From Candidatus Bathyarchaeia archaeon (lineage in GTDB: Archaea > Thermoproteota > Bathyarchaeia > 40CM-2-53-6): a DNA stretch of 64,000 bases. The position numbers and the translations under genes are program-made. Each line of letters starts with the position of its first letter. Position 1 is the stretch's first letter. The notes below the pieces were generated by a model that worked only from the letters and a program-made list of their open reading frames with translations, was not told the DNA's origin and ran no database searches. Positions 57,507 through 64,000 of the stretch are shown here, in pieces. The stretch is taken from positions 576,001 to 640,000 of the forward strand of contig JBEKFP010000002.1 in assembly GCA_050013255.1 (NCBI GenBank), in the 5' to 3' direction.

Positions 57507-58157
57507 ATGCGCCGTCGCTCATTCTCCAGGAGGATTTGGGATTGGTTTGTGGAACGAACCAGAATCGAACCAATCTTAGATACGAAGATCACGGAACGAG
57601 CTCTCAGCCCAATGTATTGCCTTGGCGGCTTAACATTCCTCTTCTTCGTTCTTCTAGCATTAACCGGCGTGATGCTCGCAACGTACTACAAGCCGACACC
57701 AGACAGCGCTTACGATAGCATCCAAACCATAACTATGAATGTGAAGTACGGCTGGCTCATACGCGGCATCCATTTCTATTCAGCTAACGGGATGATAATC
57801 ACATCAATTCTCCACATGCTTCGCGTATACTTCACCGGAGCTTACAAGAAACCGAGGGAACTCAACTGGATAGTTGGGGTCGGGCTCGGCGCCTTCACTC
57901 TGATGGCTGGCTTTACCGGGTATGTGCTCCGATGGGACCAAGAGGCGGTGGGTGCCGCCGGCGTAGGTTTAGGGCTAGCCAATTCAATCCCGCAAGTCGG
58001 GACCCTCTTAACCTACCTGTTTTGGGGGAACAACTACACAGACACCCTCGGCCGCTTCTTCGCCAGTCACATACTACTCATTCCTGGATTACTTGTGCTA
58101 ATGATGGCGTTCCACTTTTGGATGATTCGGAGGCATCGAATTGCAAGACCCCTCTGA
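57507..58157 (+). CDS. Cytochrome b6-like subunit (N-terminal cytochrome b)
   Basis: YCLGG, IRGIH, HMLRVY..PRELNW, FTGY; four heme His. Confidence 0.92.
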   Translation: MRRRSFSRRIWDWFVERTRIEPILDTKITERALSPMYCLGGLTFLFFVLLALTGVMLATYYKPTPDSAYDSIQTITMNVKYGWLIRGIHFYSANGMIITSILHMLRVYFTGAYKKPRELNWIVGVGLGAFTLMAGFTGYVLRWDQEAVGAAGVGLGLANSIPQVGTLLTYLFWGNNYTDTLGRFFASHILLIPGLLVLMMAFHFWMIRRHRIARPL

Positions 58158-58668
58158 GGAAGAGCCCGAGAACGTTCCGTTCTTCCCAAACGTACTATTA
58201 GCGGAGATGAGTCTCGCATTTGCCGCAATCGGACTGCTCACAATATTCGTAGCTCTCTTTCCTTTAACGCTCGGAGCAAAATTCGACCCCATTCATCCGC
58301 CGACGATTCTTGAACCTGAATGGTACTTCATGGGTGTCTACCAACTCCTAAAGACCCAAGGTGTCCAAGCCATCTACGCCGTCGTGCTACTGGCATGTCT
58401 CGGGATTTTCATGGTGGCCGTTCCCTTTATCGACCGTGGTTCGGAACGCCGCCCACTGAGAAGGCCCATGTTCCTCGCATTCGCCTTCTTCGTTGCCGCC
58501 GAATTCTTGGGCCTGACAATCTACGGCTATCTCTCGCCTGGCCAAGTAGGTTCCTTTGCTTCACCTGAGTTCACCGTGGCATTCCTCATGACCAACACAG
58601 TCGCAATCTTGCTGATATCCTTGGTTCTTTACGCCGACTGGAGAATTCGAAGGGGCGTTAGGAAATGA
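58141..58668 (+). CDS. Rieske/cytochrome b complex subunit IV
   Basis: PFFPN, PEWYF, VPFIDR. Confidence 0.88.
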   Translation: MQDPSEEEPENVPFFPNVLLAEMSLAFAAIGLLTIFVALFPLTLGAKFDPIHPPTILEPEWYFMGVYQLLKTQGVQAIYAVVLLACLGIFMVAVPFIDRGSERRPLRRPMFLAFAFFVAAEFLGLTIYGYLSPGQVGSFASPEFTVAFLMTNTVAILLISLVLYADWRIRRGVRK

Positions 58669-58925
58669 AAGTTGTTTCAAGGTTGAGGCAGGGCTTGCAT
58701 CTGGTTCTTCTTGCGGCCGCTTTTATCGTCAGCACTTACGCGGTTTCGAACTTGATGCCACTTCTCCTTCATGCGACTGGAAACGGCTTCAACGCCTCGG
58801 ACGCAGCCTCGATTGTCGGCGACTTGGTCGCTGGAATCGCATCTGTCACCTTTCTGGCGAGAGAGGTCTATAGGCTGGATAAGCGGGCAGGGCGGATACG
58901 CAACAGAGTGGGATGGTTCGAGTGA
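58665..58925 (+). CDS. Small 2-TM membrane protein
   Basis: ATGA-coupled to subunit IV; hydrophobic. Confidence 0.6.
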   Translation: MKVVSRLRQGLHLVLLAAAFIVSTYAVSNLMPLLLHATGNGFNASDAASIVGDLVAGIASVTFLAREVYRLDKRAGRIRNRVGWFE

Positions 58926-59135
58926 ATGGATAATCCAAGAAGCGATAATGTTTCCCGAAGTTGGGTTGCGTTGGCGGTTGTACTCATCGGCTTGGAATTC
59001 ATCTTTCTGTACGAAGCAATAATCGCTGACATGGGTGGGCACGAGAGATTCTTCGCGGCGTTTGCAGGCTTAGCGATACTCTGCTTCGCCGCTTTACTCT
59101 ATGCTGCTGCTGTGGTTCTCTATGGGTGGGATTGA
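58926..59135 (+). CDS. Small 2-TM membrane protein
   Basis: Abuts the previous stop; hydrophobic. Confidence 0.55.
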   Translation: MDNPRSDNVSRSWVALAVVLIGLEFIFLYEAIIADMGGHERFFAAFAGLAILCFAALLYAAAVVLYGWD

Positions 59136-59152
59136 GAAGAGGGTGAGCTGGT

Positions 59153-59575
59153 TTGGTTAAGTGGACTAGGAAACTGGTTGACAGAAGCAGTGACCTAAAT
59201 CCTCGCAACATGAGGCTCGGAATGTATGCATGGCTGATGCAACGCATCTCTGGACTTTACCTGGTCTTCTTCCTACTGACCCACGTGATGGCAATTGCCC
59301 AAGCGAACTTCAGCATCACTATTGGTTCTACGGCCGGGATGTTGGATGTGTTCAGAAACCCGTTCTGGGCCGGGAGTTCAATGTCAGCAACTTTCGATTT
59401 GGTTGCACTTGGCATTATTGCCTTTCACGGGTTGAACGGTATACGAATTGTATTGCTGGACTTGGGCTTTGGCGTTCGGAAACATAGGATTGGTTTCTGG
59501 GTTACGATGGTCATCGCGATCGTCACGGTGTCCCTCATCATCAATCTGGCCCTGCCAATGTTGCATTCATGGTGA
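59153..59575 (+). CDS. sdhC: Succinate dehydrogenase cytochrome b556 subunit
   Basis: QRISG, FHGLNGIR. Confidence 0.88.
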   Translation: MVKWTRKLVDRSSDLNPRNMRLGMYAWLMQRISGLYLVFFLLTHVMAIAQANFSITIGSTAGMLDVFRNPFWAGSSMSATFDLVALGIIAFHGLNGIRIVLLDLGFGVRKHRIGFWVTMVIAIVTVSLIINLALPMLHSW

Positions 59576-59904
59576 CACAGATGGCGAAGCAAAGTTTGTG
59601 GAAGAGTATAGGCCTCTGGATTCTGCAACGAATTACAGCAGTACTCTTAGTACTGTTTCTAGGATTGCACTTATGGGTATCGAACTTTACGACAGATTGG
59701 GCTACAGCTTCACGAGCGCTGATCGACCTCTCATTGCTCGGCCTAGCTCTATTTCACGGACTCAACGGGGTTAGGACCATCGTATTGGATTTCGGCCTTG
59801 GGTCACAGGGGCGGCGGTACTTGTCCGTAAGCCTAGTGATGTTGGGGTTCACGGCATTCCTCTTTGGAGTATACGGCTTCTTACCACTCGTCTTCACGAA
59901 ATGA
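59569..59904 (+). CDS. sdhD: Succinate dehydrogenase membrane anchor
   Basis: WILQRITA, FHGLNGVR. Confidence 0.85.
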   Translation: MVTQMAKQSLWKSIGLWILQRITAVLLVLFLGLHLWVSNFTTDWATASRALIDLSLLGLALFHGLNGVRTIVLDFGLGSQGRRYLSVSLVMLGFTAFLFGVYGFLPLVFTK

Positions 59905-61613
59905 GAGTGCAAAATATGATATCGCATGATGTGATCATCGTTGGCGGTGGCCTCGCAGGCCTACGCGCAGCGATCGAAGCATCTCAATACGCGGACACCG
60001 TCATCTTCAGTCGAGTCCACCCGCTAAGATCACACACCGGGGCCGCCCAAGGCGGGATAAATGCCGCGCTAGGGAACATCGATGCAAACCGCGATGACAG
60101 CTGGGAAAAACATGCATATGACACAATCAAGGGCAGCGACTTCCTAGCCGACCAAGACGCCGTCGAAGAAATGACCAAAAAAGCTCCGCCCCGAATAATT
60201 GAAATGGAACATTGGGGTTGCCCCTTCAGCCGCACCGATGACGGTAAAATTGCTCAGAGACCCTTTGGTGGTGCAGGCTACCCACGAACTTGCTTCGCCG
60301 CCGACAAGACTGGTCATTACCTTTTGGTTACAGCGTATGAGCAAGTCATTCGACGGAACGTGAAAGTGTACGAGGAATGGTTAGTCATCTCCCTTATCGT
60401 TGAGAGCAAGTCTGTCAGAGGCATCGTAGCCCTAGACATCCTGACCGGCAAGCTGGAGGTTTTCATGGCAAAGGCCGTCATCTTGGCCACCGGCGGGGCA
60501 GGTTGGATTTACGGAAAGTCAACCAACTCGATGATCAACACTGGCAGCGGGATGGCTATGGCGTATAGGGCCGGCGTCGCGTTGAAGGACATGGAATTTG
60601 TGCAATTCCACCCTACAGCCCTCTACCCGACATGTATTCTCATTACCGAAGGAGCCCGCGGCGAAGGCGGCTACCTCGTGAACTCACAAGGGGAACGTTT
60701 CATGCAACACTATGCCCCCAAAGCTATGGAGCTCGCCCCACGTGATATTGTCAGCCGTTCGATTCAGAAGGAAATTGAGGAGGGACGCGGAGTAAGCGGC
60801 CTCTACGTTCAGCTGGACATCCGCCACCTCGGAAAGAAGAAGATTCTCGACAACCTCCCAGGGATACGCACCATTGCGATAGACTTTGCAGGCATTGATC
60901 CAATCACGAAACCCATCCCCGTCCAGCCAGCCCAACACTATACAATGGGCGGAGCTGATTGCAATATGAAATGTGAAACCGAAATCAAGGGACTCTACGC
61001 GGCGGGAGAATGTGCCTGCGTCAGCGTCCACGGCGCCAACAGGTTGGGCGGGAACTCACTACTCGAAACCCTTGTCTTCGGAAAAATAGCCGGAGAGGAA
61101 GCTGGAAAATTCGCCAAGAGTACTCCTTTCAACCGGAAGGACGAAAGCGCGTACCAAGAGGCGCTTAGACGAGAACAAGAACACATCTCAACTCTCTTTA
61201 GGGGAAGCGGAAAAGAGGACCCGTCGACTATTCGCGAAGAAATGCGAAACCTGATGGTCGAAAAAGTATTCCTGTTTAGAAGCAAAGAGGGCCTAGAGGA
61301 GGCTACCTCAGCGATAAAGGGCCTGAAGGCGCGGCTGCGCAATCTAAGACCAATAGACGGACACAAGGTCTACAACCTCGACCTGATCCGTGCAATTGAA
61401 CTCGAAGACATGCTGGAGCTTAGTGAAGTAATTGTTGCATCAGCCTTGAACAGAAAAGAATCACGTGGCTCCCACGTGCGCCTCGACTTCCCGCAGCGTG
61501 ACGATATCAACTTCCTAAAGCATACGCTCGCCTACAAGACAAATGAGGGCATCAGAATTGAATTCTCACCCGTGAAGATAACTCGGTACACACCGGAGGA
61601 GAGAAAGTATTGA
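59901..61613 (+). CDS. sdhA: Succinate dehydrogenase/fumarate reductase flavoprotein
   Basis: GGGLAG, RSHTGAAQGG, QFHPT, HYTMGG, HGANRLGGNSL. Confidence 0.95.
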   Translation: MRVQNMISHDVIIVGGGLAGLRAAIEASQYADTVIFSRVHPLRSHTGAAQGGINAALGNIDANRDDSWEKHAYDTIKGSDFLADQDAVEEMTKKAPPRIIEMEHWGCPFSRTDDGKIAQRPFGGAGYPRTCFAADKTGHYLLVTAYEQVIRRNVKVYEEWLVISLIVESKSVRGIVALDILTGKLEVFMAKAVILATGGAGWIYGKSTNSMINTGSGMAMAYRAGVALKDMEFVQFHPTALYPTCILITEGARGEGGYLVNSQGERFMQHYAPKAMELAPRDIVSRSIQKEIEEGRGVSGLYVQLDIRHLGKKKILDNLPGIRTIAIDFAGIDPITKPIPVQPAQHYTMGGADCNMKCETEIKGLYAAGECACVSVHGANRLGGNSLLETLVFGKIAGEEAGKFAKSTPFNRKDESAYQEALRREQEHISTLFRGSGKEDPSTIREEMRNLMVEKVFLFRSKEGLEEATSAIKGLKARLRNLRPIDGHKVYNLDLIRAIELEDMLELSEVIVASALNRKESRGSHVRLDFPQRDDINFLKHTLAYKTNEGIRIEFSPVKITRYTPEERKY

Positions 61614-62320
61614 AGCATCAGGATGACACCATCCGCCTAAGAGTTCAACGCTACGATCCAACAAAGGAAGCGGAACCGCACTATGACACCTTCGAGATCC
61701 CAACAAAACCCGGCATGACCGTTCTGGATGCACTCTTCCATGTCCTAGAGAAAAAGGATGGGACACTTTCCTTTCGATATTCGTGTAGAAGCGCGGTGTG
61801 CGGAAGCTGCGCTACCTTCATAAACGGACGGCAGCGGCTTGCCTGCAATGCCCAAATCGCGACGCTAGGGAAACGGATCACAATCGGACCCTTGCCACAT
61901 CTACCGATAATCAACGATTTGGTAGTCGACCTCCACCCCTTCTTCCAAAAGATGGAGATGGTAAAACCGTACTTCGAAGGCCATGAACCGTACCCGGAAA
62001 GGGAATTCCTCCAGTCACCGAAACAAAGGGGAGCGATTGACATAGCCATTGACTGTATTGATTGCGCAGCCTGTTTCTCATCTTGCCCCATGACATGGAC
62101 TGACCCAAGGTATCCCGGCCCTGCAGCACTAGTGAAGGCTGCACGTTTCATTGCGGACAGCAGGGACACTACTAGACATGACCGCTTAAGGTTGGTCGGA
62201 TGCGAAGATGGTCTCTGGCGATGCCACACTGTTTTCAACTGCGCGGAAGCCTGCCCCAAGTCAATTGACCCCCCGCATTTCATCCAATACCTGAAAAGAA
62301 AAGCCTCTCTGCAGCATTAG
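61610..62320 (+). CDS. sdhB: Succinate dehydrogenase Fe-S subunit
   Basis: SCRSAVCGSC, CIDCAAC..CP, CHTVFNC..CP. Confidence 0.94.
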   Translation: MKHQDDTIRLRVQRYDPTKEAEPHYDTFEIPTKPGMTVLDALFHVLEKKDGTLSFRYSCRSAVCGSCATFINGRQRLACNAQIATLGKRITIGPLPHLPIINDLVVDLHPFFQKMEMVKPYFEGHEPYPEREFLQSPKQRGAIDIAIDCIDCAACFSSCPMTWTDPRYPGPAALVKAARFIADSRDTTRHDRLRLVGCEDGLWRCHTVFNCAEACPKSIDPPHFIQYLKRKASLQH

Positions 62321-62507
62321 GGGAAAGCACAATTGAGAAAACGTCGACATCTGATCGTGTGCACCTGCATCCTTCTGTAGTTCAAACCTTTGACAAACTG
62401 TTGTTGATTGATGCTTTAGTTTTTCATGTGCGCCAATGTACTTCCCGAGGATGGACGGCGGGCGAGCGACTTATTTTCTGGGTTCTACCGAAGCATTCTG
62501 ATTAGCT

Positions 62508-62840
62508 TTGTACAAGGTGAACGTGAACAGTGTTGCGGATGCTCCAGTTACGGAGGAAGGCTCCAAAGGAACGAGAATAAAATGGGTCATAGATGAGAAA
62601 CATGGAGCCCCTACCTTTCTCATGCGCCAGTTCACTCTCGAACCGGGAGGGTTCACACCCTACCACAAACACGATTGGGAACACGAGGTGTACATCCTTG
62701 AAGGGCAAGGCAAGGTTCGATACGAGAACCGTGAAGAGCCGATCAAGGCCGGGGACGCCATCCTTATCCCGCCTGATAAAACACATCAGTTCCAAGCTGG
62801 GACTGTCGGTCTAAAGTTTCTTTGCATGATACCCAAATGA
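62508..62840 (+). CDS. Cupin-domain protein
   Basis: HKHDWEHEVYILEG..H cupin motifs. Confidence 0.85.
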   Translation: MYKVNVNSVADAPVTEEGSKGTRIKWVIDEKHGAPTFLMRQFTLEPGGFTPYHKHDWEHEVYILEGQGKVRYENREEPIKAGDAILIPPDKTHQFQAGTVGLKFLCMIPK

Positions 62841-63200
62841 AAAGAGTGAGATCACCTCCACTAGGTCACTAAGTGCAACTTTGACCTCCTATTGTGAACC
62901 CGCAACCCTAGGTTATTTTGGATTCCTTGGTCTATTTTCGCACGTGCTTAGGAGTGGATGATGTATTTTCGTGGGGAGAACATGTTACTTCACGTTTGTG
63001 ATGACGCTTCCGGTAGCGGGTGGGGCTATTTGGGGACCCCCCCATAGGGGGGCACCCGCCCACCTTCTCAGTTTCGTGGTCTTGCGGTCTTCTTCTCTTA
63101 TGGCGTTCGAGTGGATGACACCCAATGATTGAATGTGTACGCTGGCCAATACATTCGGCAATTCCCAACGCCTTGAATTTCACATTGCCTATCCGGACCG

Positions 63201-64000
63201 CTATGGGTTGCTGGAGTCCTTTTGTTTTATTGCAAATACTAGCGCTGCGCTCAAGACCTGCGTTACTGCACTCGCTACAAAAATGTAGGTCGGACCAATG
63301 GCGCTCCACACTAACCCATAAACGAGCGGCCCCATGATTATGCCCAGGTCTTCGCATGAGCCATAGATTCCTACGACGGTGCCGTACATTCTCTTGGGAG
63401 TGACGTCGGGTACAATGGCGAGCAGCAGCGACGTTGCTGAAAGGCCCAGGCCGGCGGCAATGGAGACAAGGAAAATCTGGTAAGCCGTATTCGCGAGGAG
63501 GTAGAGCAAGAAAGAGCCGGAACACAGCAAGAACCCAACGATAATCATGGGCTTTCGGCCAAACCTGTCGGACAACCAACCGAGAAAGAGAATTGCAACC
63601 AATTGAGACGCAGCAACAGTTGAAATGAGCGTCCCAACCTCAACAGTTGACATTCCAAACCGCCCCGAAGCGTATAGGGGTAGAAACGCTCGAACAATGG
63701 AGAACCCCATGAAAGCGAAAATCGCTGAGAGAAAAAGGAATTGCGCCGAACGCCTCCGCAGGGTAGAATTGAGGCCATAAATCATGCTCTTCGACCTTCC
63801 GGCTAATTGGCGACTAGGTGGAAACGACCAAAACACAATGAAAATCAAAAGGACGCTCAGCGCAGATGAGGTGTAGAACGAATACTCGAACGACCAGCTT
63901 TGAGCAATGTACGTTCCGATCAAAGGCCCGATGATCCGGCCGATGGAGGAAAAAACCCACCAACCACTCGCGTAGAGCCCGGCAGATTTCAAGGAAGACT
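63201..64000 (-). CDS. MFS transporter (5' end runs off the window)
   Basis: GWLSDRFGRK motif A; multi-TM; frame open to the window edge. Confidence 0.85.
   Translation of the reverse strand, partial: SSLKSAGLYASGWWVFSSIGRIIGPLIGTYIAQSWSFEYSFYTSSALSVLLIFIVFWSFPPSRQLAGRSKSMIYGLNSTLRRRSAQFLFLSAIFAFMGFSIVRAFLPLYASGRFGMSTVEVGTLISTVAASQLVAILFLGWLSDRFGRKPMIIVGFLLCSGSFLLYLLANTAYQIFLVSIAAGLGLSATSLLLAIVPDVTPKRMYGTVVGIYGSCEDLGIIMGPLVYGLVWSAIGPTYIFVASAVTQVLSAALVFAIKQKDSSNP

Noticed and set aside
62932-63579. 215-aa minus-strand ORF and the many antisense/alternate-frame ORFs over r-protein and enzyme genes
   Set aside because: Shadow ORFs overlapping well-supported genes, with no recognisable motifs

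Overview
64 kb of archaeal chromosome, most likely a TACK lineage such as Bathyarchaeia. This is inferred from the crenarchaeal-type SSB, rpl14e/rpl34e, the intron-containing cbf5, multi-intron tRNAs and frequent TTG starts. About 1-36 kb is the ribosomal superoperon on the minus strand (SPOUT MTase-L4...secY-adk-cmk-L14e-cbf5-tRNA-Ser...S13-S4-rpoD-L18e-L13-S9-rpoN-S2-MEMO-mvk-hmgR). Six universal r-protein genes (uL3, uL2, uS8, uL18, uL30, uS11) are absent from their usual slots, and several unrelated gene pairs are inserted. An ~8 kb accessory island between tRNA-Ser and rps13 carries four Walker-A-dead KaiC/RAD55-like paralogues plus a remnant, a recurring intergenic motif, a shared upstream motif and a partial tRNA 3'-end duplication. 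The right half holds archease, valS, a bacterial-type metK, a peptide-uptake/peptidase island, a YchF-like GTPase and a Rieske/cytochrome b + succinate dehydrogenase cluster. The most striking observation is a tRNA-Trp(CCA) gene at 56656-56884 that reconstructs into a canonical 77-nt cloverleaf only after removing five bulge-helix-bulge (BHB) introns. Two tRNA-Ser genes carry two introns each, and cbf5 has a 19-nt mRNA intron. All calls are by eye, with no database searches.
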